Both the position numbers and the translations under genes were made by a program. Under the pieces are notes generated by a model. That model saw nothing but the letters and a program-made list of their open reading frames with translations. It ran no database searches and had not been told where the DNA came from. This document shows, piece by piece, positions 1-12,587 of a stretch of 64,000 nt of DNA. The stretch covers positions 124,001-188,000 of the forward strand of contig JAAOMT010000657.1 of the NCBI GenBank assembly GCA_016748015.1. Direction: 5' to 3'. This DNA comes from Geosiphon pyriformis uo1 (Eukaryota; Fungi; Glomeromycota). Position 1 is the stretch's first letter. Each line of letters begins with the position of its first letter.

Positions 1-2883
1 CTGGTAGTAACAGATCACCAAGCTTTGGTTTGGTTACACAACAAAAAGAAGCTGGAACATAAAAGAATAACTCACTGAATACTCCACTTGGATGAATTTG
101 ACTATGATATTCAACATTGCAAAAGAGCACATCATCAAAACACTGATGCTCTCTCTAGACTTACCATTCAGTGACAATACAACTACCTCAAACCAAACCA
201 ACCTAATTATTAGTAATTCTCTCACAACCAAACACGATAATGGACTTGGACAACTACTCTGTCTTAATAGAATTTTTGGGTAAAGGACAATACCCACCAG
301 AATACAATTGACAGCAAAGAAAACATTTGTGCAAACAATCAAATTTCTATTTGATGCACCAAAACTAACTATACAAAAGAAACAGAAAAGATTTTGACCA
401 CCCCCAGAGAGTCATAAGATTTGAAGAAAGAAAAATTGTGATCTACAATATGCACACTGATCCATTAGCTGGACACTTTGGAAAAACAAAAACAATTCAG
501 AAAACCTTAGCTCGCTATTATTGGCTGAGTACATCAAAACTTGTGATATCTGCCAAAGAAGAGGAAAACCCAATTGCAAAGAAAACATCCATCCAATCTC
601 TGTTGGCCAACCCTTTGACAGAATTGGTATAGATGTTGTTGGACCATTAACAATAACTTCTGATGGCAACAGATACATTATCACAGCTACTGACTATCTT
701 ACAAAGTGGGTAGAAGCAAGAGCCACCCCAGATCAAACAGCAGTTTCCATTGCTAATTTCATTTATGAAGATATCATTTGTTGCCATGGCTGCCCCAAAA
801 AACTTTTATCTGATAGAGGAAGAGCTTTTCTCAGTACACTGGTTGAAGAACTTTGTAGAAAAATGGGAATATGTCACAAACTTTTCTCCCCTTATCACCT
901 CCAAACAAATGGCCTAGTGAAACGTTTTAATAGAACACTGTGAAACCTTAGCCAAAACAAGTGAAGAAACAAACTTATGGAACAAAGTACTGCCTTCAGC
1001 TTTGTTTGCTTATAGAACTGTAAATCATAACATAACAAGTTATGATTCTTTTTATCTGCTCTATGGACGAATGACAACACTACCAATAGAAATTGGTATT
1101 GAGACAATACCCTTTGAAGAGATCACAATAGGAAATTACAAAGACATTTTGCAAAGGAGACTTGGTACCATTCTTGACTTATTTGTAGAAGCATGAATAA
1201 TTGTCTTTGAAAAGGTAAAACAGTTCCAAGAAAAGCTTAAAAAGAAGAAAACTTATAAAACACTTTCTTTAAGTGTTGGTGACTTAGTTTTGGAATACTG
1301 CTCAGACAGAGACAATGTCTATGGTGATAAATTCTCTAGCCGGTGGAAAGGTCTCTTTATAGTCAACAAAGTTTTGAAAAATGGTTCTTATATTCTTCAA
1401 GATCAATCCGGAACAATCTTTAATGATCATTCTGTTCATGGCACGTGACTTAAGAAATATCACAAATGACCTGATTGGTTACCAGTTGTGGTAATACCAA
1501 CCCAAATGATTAGCAAAAACCAAGTATAAATAAATGCACCATTTCCAAAACAGGGGTATCTTCAATCAACATAAACAATTATTTTCTGGATTAAAACATT
1601 CAAAATGCTTTCTATATTCTTCATAAGTATTGGATTAAAAACTATTCAAATGCTACTCTGACCATTAGAAAACAAATTACAATAACTGACAACAGTGGAA
1701 CACATACTGTTATCAGACCAAAGAAAACAACTACCAGAAGAGAAAGAATTGGTAGCAAAATGGATAAGTATCTGTTGGAAAGCATAACAGCAGCAATACT
1801 TGTATCTTCCACCACAATTGGAAAAATGATTAAAGAAATCTTGCCCATAGACAAAAACTTGTCATATGGAAGACAACTAGAGCTCTATGGTTGCCTTAGT
1901 GAAATCATAGAAGACATGAAGCTCATAAAGAAAACAACTTCTGAGATACAAGTGGAAATTTTGGGCATTATACAGTTGGATGTCCCAAAAGTTTTGACCA
2001 TTGCCAGAAGAGCCAAAACTTTTATACAAAGGTTTGGTTTTTTGAATACAAAGCTCATTTTGCCTCAAGTACTATACACTTTATCCACAAAAGACTTTAA
2101 CAAACTAGTTAGTTTTGAGTTAGATAAAACCCTTCAATTAGAATATCTCATAAATAGTTTGATTTCACCAGAGCTCAATCTCTTTGGAGAGGATGATATT
2201 ATGGTTGAAACTCATAGTTTTTATTAGTTATCACATAAATTAGCCACTGATGTTATATAATTAGCCAACCTATTTTTAGATAGTAATCATTGACCTGATC
2301 AATGATCTGACCGTTGACCTGATCATTGACCTGATCATTGACCTGGTTGTTGACCATTTTTTAAAGCTATATAAGCAATGAGTCTCTTAGCTGTAGAAAT
2401 GTATGTTCCCAACAATCAAAGAAATATAATAAAACAACTTTCATCTCAAACATTCTCTTATTGCTAAATTTTTTTTTCTCTACCTTCAAGTATCTGAACA
2501 TTTTTTGAATAAAAGATCTCTTGTTGGTGTTTATCTACCTTTTCCTGAAATGATTAAACAAAGTATTTGAATATTATTGAATAAACGTGACTGAAGAGCA
2601 CATCTGATACTTGATATTGAATTCTAAGAGCACCAACATGAGACATAGAATTATACCAAGTGTGATCATTTGTTGACAGTACAGACTATCCCTCTACCTT
2701 TAGATCCTCTGGTTACCTTTGAAAAGTATAGTGACTGAAATATTTTATGAGACTGATCTCACACATTGAATCCATACTCATTCAATTTGCTCTTTAAAGT
2801 TGAATTCCCCTTTGATTATTTCCATCACCCTACAATCCTGTTCTCTCTTGCTATCCGTTAGCTTGTTACTCCAACCCATAACA
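1..2883 (+). mobile_element. Ty3/Gypsy LTR retrotransposon Gy1 copy A (3' part: RNase H end, integrase, extra ORF3, PPT, 3' LTR); 5' part outside window
   Basis: Integrase motifs HTDPLAGH..CDIC, GIDVVGP, LLSDRG, TNGLV(K)RFN (ORFs 438-632, 521-943); PPT GGAGAGGATGA directly before the LTR at 2197; stops and frameshifts. Confidence 0.95.
2197..2883 (+). repeat. Gy1 3' LTR (copy A)
   Basis: Begins T(G>A)TTATGGTTGAAAC, ends CCAACCCATAACA; homologous to LTRs at 11829, 19533, 22449, 41246, 48222; 12-bp tandem array then GCTATATAAG. Confidence 0.95.
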
Positions 2884-3089
2884 GCATTATAGATAAAATG
2901 TATGAGTTCGATATGTTCAATACATTAGGTAGCAAAGGTAATACTAGCATGTAGTTAGAGCTTTCCACTTGTGGTTAGCTGCATCTTGTGATTTTGTATT
3001 ATTGGGTGAGCTGGCTTTATGAAACCACCACATTACTGTGGACTTAACTAATAAATGACCAGCATGGCTACACATTAACAAAAAAAAAA
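2884..3089 (+). mobile_element. 3' end of an ORF1-only non-LTR element (H1 type) with poly(A), interrupted by Gy1 copy A
   Basis: Encodes ..KMYEFDMFNTLGSKGNTSM*, matching the C-terminus of the H1 ORF; then the same 3' UTR as H1 (4774-4896) and A10 at 3080-3089. Confidence 0.85.
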
Positions 3090-3750
3090 GTTATTGTTAA
3101 AGATCCAACAACATCTATACCAATTCTGTTAAATAGTTAACCAACAGAAATTGAATGGATATTTTCTTTGTGATTGGATTTACCTCTTTTTTAACAGATG
3201 TTACAGGTTTTAATGTATTCAGCAATGTCTTTTCTCAAGGTAGGCCAATAATAGTGAGCTAAAGTTTTCTGAATTGTTTTTGTTTTTCCAAAGTGTCCAG
3301 CTAATGGGTCAGTGTGTATGTTGTATATTACAATTTTTCTTTCTTCAAATCTGATAACTCTTTGGGAGCAGTTAGAATCTTTTTTGTTTCTTTTATATAA
3401 CTTGTTTTGGTGGATCAAATAGAAATTTGATTGTTTGCACAAATGTTCCCTTTGCTGTCAAGTGTATTCTGGTGGGTATTGTTCTTTACCCAAAAATTTC
3501 ATTAAGGCAAAATTGTTTTCCAAGTCCATTATCATGTTTGTCAAAAAGGGAGTTACTAATAATTAAGTTGGTTTGGTTTGAGAAACTTGTACTATTACTG
3601 GATAGTAAGTCTAAAGAGAGTGTTGGCATTTTGATGATTTGCTCCTTTGTAGTGTTGAATATTATAGTCAAATTTGTCCAAATGGTGTATCCAGTAAGTT
3701 ATTCATTTGTTTTCTAGCTTTTTTTTATTGCACAGCCAAATCAAGGCTTG
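3090..3750 (-). pseudogene. Gy1 pol fragment (RNase H end to integrase start), minus strand; host of LINE-A; continues at 22047-22448
   Basis: ORF 3191-3442 HTDPLAGHFGKTKT..CNIC; reading VTDH|QALIW is restored across the LINE-A TSD. Confidence 0.9.
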
Positions 3751-4753
3751 TTTTTTTTTTTTGTTAATGTGTAGCCACACTGGTCTTTTATTAGTTTAGC
3801 CACACTTAAAAAGCATGACCTTTTCATAAAGCCAACTCACCCAATAATCTAAATTACAAGATGTGGCTAACCACTAAGTGGTTATGCCTAACTACATGCT
3901 AATATAACCAAAAAATCTATGGGGTATCACACTATTACACAAAGTACTCCTACCACAAAAAACATTAGTCAGTATACCATTACACTGTATAAAAACATTA
4001 TCTATTTTGACTATGAGTTTGCTGTTATCTTTACCACTATTCCTTGAAGTGCTATGTATACTGGAACCACCAGTTGGATTTCTCTTGACCCTATTATCAA
4101 TATCCATTGTTTTTTCCCATTCAGTTTGCAATTTGCAATGTTCTCCCCACAATCTATTCCTTGCTTGAGTAACTGTCCATTTACACACCTTAATTAATAC
4201 ATTATTGCTAGTTCTTAGGTCAATGTCAGAAAAAGCATTGATCCTTCCAAATTGCTTATTGATCAGTCTTTTACATAGCAGATCTATGTTAAATGTTTAC
4301 ATGATGTATTCATTAGACAGTACAATCTTCTCATCAGTATTATGGGCTTCACGTCCCCTTCTTACAGCCTCTAAAAGACATTGTATCCACTTATCTTTTA
4401 CATCATCAATCAGTGTCTTGCCCTCTTGGGTATTCAGAGAGCATTTCCAAAAGTGCCAATTGGTTTCCACTTCCCTGTGACATGTTTTGCAAAAATTATT
4501 CAGGTATACATGGAAACGTCTGTTGTATAGCACCTCTGCTATTGGCAGCATGTTGTGAAATGATTTCATAATAAATGTGTGCATTGCTGAAGAACCAGCT
4601 GAGGTGAAGCCAGATGACATCTTTCTATCCCAGTTCCAAATCTTAGTTGTGCATATCCAGTCTATATCTTGGTCTAAAGATCCTATTGTCTCTTGAACTT
4701 TGTTGTTGCCTATCCAGTCTAAAGCTGATTGTAGACTAGCCTGTTTGTTCCAA

Positions 4754-7195
4754 TTTTTTTTTTTTTTTTTTTTGTTAACATGTAGCCACGCCAGTCATTT
4801 ATTAGTTATTCCACAGTAATGTGGTAGTTTCATAAAGCCAGCTCACCCAATAATACATATTACAAGATGTGGCTAACCACAAGCAGAAAGCCCTAACTAC
4901 ACATTAGTACTACTTTTGCTACCTAATGTATTAAACATATCTAATTCATACATCTTACCCATAATGCATACCAGTTCATGATTACTTTTAACAAGACTGC
5001 TCATCTACTTAGTTGTCTGATCTGGATCGGACTTGATATTAGAGAATTGAACCTCCCATAACTCCATCATCACATCAAATGTATCATCATAGACCAAAAA
5101 ATCTTTAGCATCACCATCATCATCATCATCATCATCATCCATGTCTTCATCATCAGATATGTTATAGTGTACCTTTCCACTCCTCAACTTGAGAGCCCCT
5201 ACTTCCTTTTGCAGCACAGAAGCCACAGCACAAACAGCCTTAATTTGGTTTCCCAATCCAATTACACTTTCCTTCATTGCCTCAGCCATAACTGGTGGAG
5301 TAGACAATAATGTAATAACCAATGCAACCAAAGAACCCACAGGCTCAACTATAGATTTGATCAACAAAGACAGTTCACTAAGTTGGGTTTCCAGAGAAGC
5401 CAATCTAGCATTAACAGCAACATCTAAACCAGAGGAGGCAACTGGCAACAGCGGCTCCACAACTCTGGGGGATGTACTGAAAGCCAGACCCATATCAGTA
5501 ACAGCAGCAACAGGAGGAACCACAGAGGTGGCAGCTTTGGCGTAGGATTTAGCTCCAACAAGAGATGACTTGAGAAAGATGGGACCACCAGCAGAATTAG
5601 AAGAGATTTTGGGAGGGAGAGGTGACAACACCTTGCAGTCCACAGCCAAATGCTCCAAACTTTGATATCTATAGCAGCAACGACATCCAGGAGTTTCCCA
5701 CCAGATGCAGCAGCCACATAAGGTACCAGTTTTTGAAACAGCAGCATTTAAAGATTCCAAGGAATCAAAGATCACCACAGCAAAGCATTGACGTTGATAG
5801 GAATCAGAGGAGCAGGGAATGAAGCATGTACGGCCACCAACTTGGGAGACCAGATCACTTATCTCAAATGCAGTACAGCCAACTGGAAGATTAACCAGCT
5901 TAGCTTTGAAAGCATCTCTTGAGGAGATAACCTCCTTTTGGTTGACAATGAGAAGAATCCTAACACTATCTTTTCTGACCAACACAAACCAGTTAGAGAG
6001 AGCAGCAGCAGCAGAAGAAATGTCCTTAAAGTTAACCACAGCATATTGCCATAAGCCAGCAGGCTTCAACTTAACAGAAGTGACAACACCAAAAACGCCA
6101 AGAGCAGATTTGATCTTATCAGAAGAAGTACCCAAGGGTACATCACACAGTGCAACTGACACAGAAGGGGAAGAAACAGAGGTCACTCCTGAAGACTGTG
6201 CAATCTTAAGAGTGGTCAAAAAAACTTCATCACCAATGGCCACTTTGGTAGCACCATTTAGACACTTCTGAGATGCAAATTCCACACAGAACAACTTGAC
6301 AGCATCTTGTGAAACAGATTTAAGCCCAATACAACCAGGCAGCAGCTGAAACAAAGAACTGAGCAAAGCCATCTTGATCTTAAACGTAGTACCAGGTACA
6401 AGATTGAAGGCCACCCAACCAGAGAACCTTTGACATCCACTCACATTCACCCAAGTACCAGCATCAGATGCACCAGAAACTGGGGGGACAGTTGATTCCA
6501 TTTCCATTTGATCAGTCTAATCTTTGAGATCATCTGGATTGATGGACTGTTTTGCTACTGGGATTGGCGATGATCTGCCGGAGAGTACCACATCAGACAA
6601 CACAGCCAGTGGTTGATCTTGGCCCATCTTGGGAGATGTGCCGCTGCTGTTGCCATCCATATCAGGAATAGGGCTGGCTGCTGCTGTGGAGATCTTACTG
6701 AAGATCTCATCTGGAACCACAAAGAGGTTCAGTGTGACCATAGCAGTTGTGACTGCCTGCTGCTGTTTTTTGGAATTTTTGGCTTTCATGGCCATTTGTG
6801 AAGCAGTAGTAGTAGAAGTAATAGTGGGAGTAGTGAGAGCAGAAAAGACCAACTTGTTGACTGGCCTGTTATTAAAAATCTTTGGGCTTTTTGAAGTAGT
6901 GGAGACAACACTGGGACTAACCCAAGTGTGTCTTTTTGAAGGAACTTTGACTGGGGAAGAACTACCAGCCAAAGGTGAAAAAAATGAACCAGAAGCCACT
7001 AAAGGCAGCTTATTACTATTATTTTTTAAAGGAAATGTTGCCAGAACGTTTTGTCTAGCTGCTTCAATAACAGAAAGACCCTCTCGTGTTGAAACTTTAT
7101 TAGTTACTATAGGAAAAGTAATGTTTGCAACTTTTTTACTCTTAGCTCTATTCATGGTCATGAAATTTAGGAGAGAAAGAGTTTTTAAAATTCCT
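4754..7195 (-). mobile_element. ORF1-only non-autonomous non-LTR retroelement H1 (HAL1-like) with a LINE-A-type 3' tail
   Basis: Short 5' leader, single ORF1-like frame, no ORF2, ~120-bp 3' UTR matching LINE-A, T20 at 4754-4773; inserted in LINE-A ORF2; 5' boundary approximate. Confidence 0.85.
4897..7161 (-). pseudogene. H1 ORF (~754 codons): ORF1p-like protein with RRM-like domains, degenerate CCHC knuckle, coiled coil, acidic tract and C-terminal extension
   Basis: ORFs 6517-7398 and 5005-6507 are in one frame from ATG 7161 to TAG 4897, with two premature TAG stops (likely TGG>TAG); motifs FGVVTSVKL..WQYAVVNF, AKLVNLP, CYRYQSLEHLAVDC; homologous to LINE-A and LINE-B ORF1. Confidence 0.85.
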
Positions 7196-10100
7196 TTTAG
7201 ATCCAATTCAACTCCTTCACAAATGGAAATGTATGCAGTCTCCTTAGCATTGTTGGCCCATCTTATTGTATCAAGAGTAGTAGATTCTTTGGCTAGTTTG
7301 TTAGCTTTCTCATTTTCTAATATACCAGCATGTGCTGCCACTTTGTTTATGTTGAGATCAATTCTCTTTTCCCTATTATTGCTCTGATTACATTCCATGT
7401 GTGCCAGTTTGAAGTTTTGAGCTGATTTCTAATAGACAGGAGAGAATTTTTGGACAACCATCTTTGAGCCATTGCCATCACCGCTTGATTATCTGTGTTT
7501 ATTGTTAGTTTGCATTTGTAAGGCACTGCTTCCAAAGCTAGCAATACAGCCTTTGCCTCTGCTTTTGTTAATGATAATGTTCCATCAATTGCTATACCAA
7601 ATTCGGCCTCTATTCCATGTGTTATGAAAGCAGCTGTTTCTTTTGCTTCTTCAGAACCAGCTCTTACCAGTGAGCCATCTGTTGATATTTCTATTTTTTT
7701 CCTGAGTCTTAACTTCTCTTGTACACACTTCTATTGTGGTAGTAAAGTGTCAGGGATATGGATATAAATAGTATCTCTTTGCATTGTTTCTAAATCATCT
7801 GGTATTTGATTAGTCAGTATGTGCATACCCAATGTCTCACATTGTGCTACATCAATGTTTCTGTACTCATCCATAATGATTGTAGATTCTAAAATCTTGA
7901 ACCATTTGGAAATTCTACCACTATTGCTTTGTCTGTACTTCCTTGTGAAGTCCATTCATGTCATCAATGACTCATTTTTGTTCTGTATCTAATGCAAGTA
8001 CAATATGTTTTTCTTTCTTAGTAAGCTTTTAACTTTAATGTAAGTTTTACTTAAAGGTAAGATAGACTCAATTAAATATGTCTGTGGTCTTGAAGATTCA
8101 GGTACCCCATGTGTGTTACCATTGCTCTTGAATAAGATGCCTCTTTTTTCCATCATCTGTATAATGTTTGCTATAAGATTAACCCCTGGCTTAGATCGTT
8201 CATTAGTGAGATATTCAAGTATACTATGAGCTGACCATCTTTGTGCCTACAAGTTGGCTAGTCTAATTTTTGTAGCCATTCCAACAATATCAGCACTGTT
8301 CAATCTAACTAACAAATCTGTAATCTTGCTTTTCACTTGTATATCATTAATTTTGAACAAGTTATACAAGGATGAGTGATACATGGCACTGGCTGGGAAA
8401 TCTACTGAAAGTTTTGCTTTTTTCTTCACAGTGGCTGAAATCTTTAAAGTACATTTTCTAGCCCAGCTATTAGGAATATGAGTCAACTGAGATCTAAATT
8501 CAATAGCTGGACTGAGTACACTGTTAAAAATGTAAATGGCCTGTTTCTCAGTTATGTGTTTTTTCCTGATGACTGTACACACTGCTTCAATGTCAGATCC
8601 TATCATTTTTAGAACAGTCTCATTTTTCCCATCTGCTCTGATTCATACCCCCAAATATTGGGTACATGTAGATAGATCCAACAATTTCAAGATTTGTTTG
8701 TCTGGACCAAATTTTAGTGGCTCAACCATTAAAGATCTCCCTTTGGAGAGTCTGACCACCATTGTCTCAGTCTTATCTAAGTTGATTTCAATATCCACTA
8801 TTCTAAAAAAGGAGCTGGTTGTGTCCAAAATACTTTGCATTCCTTGTCTTGAGTTAGCTATCCACACTGTGTCATTAATGAAGGCAAGATGATTCACTGA
8901 CACCAACAGAGATTGTGTATCTGATTGATTATCCCACTTTTTCCATGCCGCTGTCAGTTTGTATCCCTGACTATAATTGGCTTGTTTTACTTTGCACAGT
9001 AAGGGGTCATAAAAAATTCTCCACATAATAGGTGAGCTTGTTTCTCCCTGATCCAGTCCATCTTGTACTTGATATTTGTCACTTAACCCAAATTCAGTTA
9101 TGATCCTGTTGCTTCTATTGTTGTGCATCAAGCCAAACAGCTCAGTAAACCTATTGTTCATCTTAATTCTTTTTAGTGCAGCTTCCATGGATTTCCATCC
9201 CACTGAATCATATGCCTTTTTCATGTCCTAAAATGTAAACCAAGCCTCCTTATCAAATTCTCTTGCATGTTTAGTTACAGCATTAATCACATGAATAGGC
9301 ACTGCTGTGGAGGTATTCTTTAATACAGAGGTATTGTACCCTTTTAGGACATTGTGGAGTTCACATGCTTTTGATATTCTAGCAGTTAGAATCTTTGTTA
9401 AAATTTTTCTGGTGCTTTCAATGAGTGTGATTGGCCTGGTGATGTCAATATTGCCATCCCATTCTTTTGGCTTTGGAATCAGTATAACTTGTGCTACTCT
9501 CCACTCTTCAGGCATGTTTGCTGCTTTAATGCAAGCGTTGAGCAATGTTTTCAGTTTAGACTTGGTATTAGGCCCAGCCTTCCTCCAAAGTTCAGCTTGA
9601 ATGCCTGATGGGCCAGGAGCTTTGTTATGGGGTGTGTGGCTCAATATGTGTTCAAATTCCTCATTTGTTAATTCATTTATTACACCATCAAAGACATAGT
9701 CTGGAATGCTTTTAATTGGCTCAAATCTGTGTTTCCAACTTTTCTATAGGTCAGGCTCAATGCTTCTTGTTTTGGTCCACTTTTGGACTTTTCTGTTTAC
9801 TAGCTTTTTAATTTCATCAGGATTATCATGAAATTTGTCTTCTTCAATTACATGGTCTAGGACAATTCTTTGTCTTTTTTTGTTCATGATGCTTTTGATC
9901 ATAGCTCCTTTGTTTAGATCAAAGTTTTGTTGTCTCTTAATAATATTGTCCACTATCTGTCTCTGCTGTTGTAGCCTAATCCTAGCTCACAGTGTTGATC
10001 TGTATTCTTTCTTAATATTGAGTAATTCTATGATTAGCTTATTCTTTGGGAGAGTCATCAAATATGCATTAACTGCCTCAGGTTTCAACTGTTTCCATTT

Positions 10101-11917
10101 GGCCAACAACTGCATAATATTATTATCATGCATATTTGCATTGTTTACTCTTATTAGTTTGATTATATCAGTAACAATCTTAACAAGCTTGTAATCTATG
10201 CATTCTTTCTTTGTGTGTGCAAATTGGGCTCCCACTTTCTTTTTTGGTAGGCACTTAGCAGCTTGTAACACAGTCTCCTTGATTGTAAGCCACATCTGGT
10301 TTAAATCATCATTGCTGTTATTTATTGATTTTCTTTGTGCTTCATCTGTTAGTCAATCAGTTTCTCTAGCATAGATTTCCCATTGGACTTCAGATGCCTT
10401 TTTAACATCAATCATAGTTGTGCTATACTTCTTTCTTCCAGATCTAGATTTTTTAATGCCTGCCAAGATTCTATCAGATCAGATGATTGTTATTACTGCT
10501 TTGTGATCTGTGCTAAAAGATTCATTAACATCAATCATCCCAATGTTTGCGACCAGTGAGGCTGTAACTGCATCAGTAAACACATAGTCCAATCTTCTTT
10601 GTACATCATTTAATGCCCATGTCTTTTCTGGATTGTTTGTTGCATATGCCCCATGTGTATCTACTAAATTCATATGTTGTAATATTGCAGCAGTTGAACA
10701 AGCTTTGGCTTTATTTGTAGCATATGTTTCCTCAAGTGACATGGATGACAGATCTTCATTCAAATTGCCTGCAACTATAATAATCTCTTTGTTCTGTACA
10801 ATGTCTCCCAAAAGTTTCTTGATTTTTTTAGCTACTGCTCTCTCAGTAGGCAATTTGGAAGCAGGCATATACAGTCCTACTATGTGTACACTGACTCTTC
10901 CTCTAAATTTTAACCCCAAATACAATAACCTCTCATGAAACTTCTTGATTGTTTCTACATGGTATATCCAACATTTTTTGACCAGTATACCAACACCAGT
11001 TCCCATTTGTTTCTCTGTACTTGATTCCCAAAAGACATGATATTCATCAAAACCAAAAAATACACTCTTTTCTTTTGTTGGAGTCATTTTAGTTTCTGTA
11101 ACAATCACAAAGTCAAATTGTTCTTCAATAATCCAACATAGCACCTCTTCAGCTTTACCAGAATTATTAAGCCCTCTAACATTAACAGTACCAATTTTCC
11201 AAGTGTCATTATTGGAGTAGTTCTGTTCTATGTTGGAATCAAGTGTGCTATACATTATTTGTTTTCATAGATTTAGATTTTCCAGCAGTAGAACTGCTCC
11301 AGCTACTCTGTTTTTTTACTTGCTTCAGTAACTTCAGAATGGGTTCCAAAGTTTTTTTAATTTCTTTGATTTCCAATTCTGGATTGTATGCCTCTTTTTT
11401 TTCTGCTGGGGTAGATTTTAATGTAGTATTTTGGCTTGGTAATCCAATTTCTACCACTTTTTTTTCTTCTGAGGTGTTACTTGGCTGTTGAGTAACTATT
11501 ACTTTTTTACCTTTCTCTATTGTCACTCCAAGTTTGACACCAACTGCATTCAGCAGTTTTGCCATTTCATTAACCTGCTGTTTTAGTTCATCAATTTCAC
11601 TCTTCTATGGTTGGTTAATTCTTTTTTTTGATTGTTCTTCCCTATTGTTTACTTGTGGACCAGGTTTCTGAGTATTGTTTGGATTGGTGTTGTTTTGGTT
11701 ATAGAGCAGTCTGAGCGCAGCCATATCAGCATATGATCTTCCACCAAAGGCCTTGATGTTTTCCTCTGGAACATTCCTCTTAACATACAGTTTTGCCAAC
11801 CTAATATTGTTGGTAACTTTCTTGGTATTGTTATGGTTGAAACTCATAGTTTTTATTAGTTATCACATGTATTAGCCACTGATATCATATAATTAGCCAA
11901 CTTATTTTTAGATAGTA

Positions 11918-12036
11918 ATCATTGACCTGATCAATAACCTGATCATTGACCTGATCATTGAGCTGATCATTGACTTGATCAATAACCTGACCATTGACCT
12001 GATCATTAATCTGATTATTGACCTGGTCATTGACCA
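11918..12036 (+). repeat. Tandem 12-bp array (ATCATTGACCTG)x10 in LTR U3, upstream of a TATA-like GCTATATAAG
   Basis: Units counted directly; array present in all Gy1 LTRs with about 1-10 units. Confidence 0.9.
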
Positions 12037-12568
12037 CTTTTCATAGCTATATAAGCAATAAGTCTCTTAGCTGTAGAAATGTATGTTTCCAACAATCAAA
12101 GAAATATAATAAAACAACTTTCATCTCAAATATTCTCTTATCGCTAATTTCCCTTTCCCTACCTTCAAGTATCTGAACATCTTTTGGATAAAAGATCTCT
12201 TGTTGGTGTTTATCTGCCTTTTCCTGAAATGATTAAATGAAGTATTTGAAGATTATTAAATAAACGTGACTGAAGAGCACATCTGATACTTGATATTGAA
12301 TTCTAAGAGCACTGATGTGAGGCATAGAATTATACCAAGTGTGATCATTTGTTGACAGTACAGACTATCCCTCTATCTTCAAATTCCCCAGTTACCTTTG
12401 AAAAGTATAGTGACTGAGATATTTTATGAGACTGATCTCACACATTGAATCCATACTCATTCAATTTGCTTTTTAAAGTTGAATTCCCCTTTGATTATTT
12501 CCATCACCCTACAATCCTGTTCTCCCTTGCTATCCATTAGCTTGTTACTCCAATCCATAACATAAAAG

Positions 12569-12587
12569 TGGTGCTCCCTGTAAGGTT
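12569..12587 (+). promoter_or_regulatory. Primer binding site of Gy1 (TGGTGCTCCCTGT[A/G]AGGTT)
   Basis: 6 nt after the 5' LTR in copies B, C, D and E (also 23146, 28723, 41921); reverse complement AACCTCACAGGGAGCACCA looks like a tRNA 3' end (T-stem, acceptor stem, CCA). Confidence 0.85.

Larger units (their letters stand above)
3892..11255 (-). pseudogene. LINE-A ORF2: APE endonuclease - reverse transcriptase - RNase H - C-terminal Cys/His zinc finger (split by H1 at 4754-~7195)
   Basis: APE: IGTVNVRGLN, TETK, AG(N)LN, RLDYVF, TDH; RT: KAPGPSGI, MKKAYDSV, GLDQGETSSP, AFI(N)DT, YLGV; RNase H: ISTDGSL, LALEAV, NTDNQ, KVAAHAGILENEKAN; Zn finger: CKTCHREVETNWHFWKC. Confidence 0.92.

Noticed and set aside
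34-342. Recurrent ORFs such as 34-342(-), 92-283(+), 1642-1854(-), 6629-7387(+), 17357-17665(-), 21415-21954(+)
   Set aside because: Antisense or off-frame shadows of TE coding regions; they recur only because the elements are repeated.
4749-4755. AATTGGA repeat at both H1 ends as a TSD
   Set aside because: Collapsing it does not restore the LINE-A ORF2 frame, and it overlaps the poly(A); probably microhomology.
5108-5155. (CAT)n microsatellite
   Set aside because: It is simply the poly-Asp tract of the H1 ORF on the minus strand.
6517-7398. 293-aa RNase H-ORF1 'fusion protein'
   Set aside because: Chance in-frame junction between LINE-A RNase H and the 5' end of inserted H1; H2 shows the real start is MT(M/T).R.KSKK.
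11918-12036. Regularly spaced TGACCTGATCAT repeats as a CRISPR array or nuclear-receptor elements
   Set aside because: Head-to-tail 12-mers without unique spacers, inside LTRs, no cas genes; nuclear receptors are not expected in a fungus.
12569-12587. tRNA gene at the TGGTGCTCCC motif
   Set aside because: Only 18-19 nt of tRNA complementarity, adjacent to an LTR; it is a PBS.
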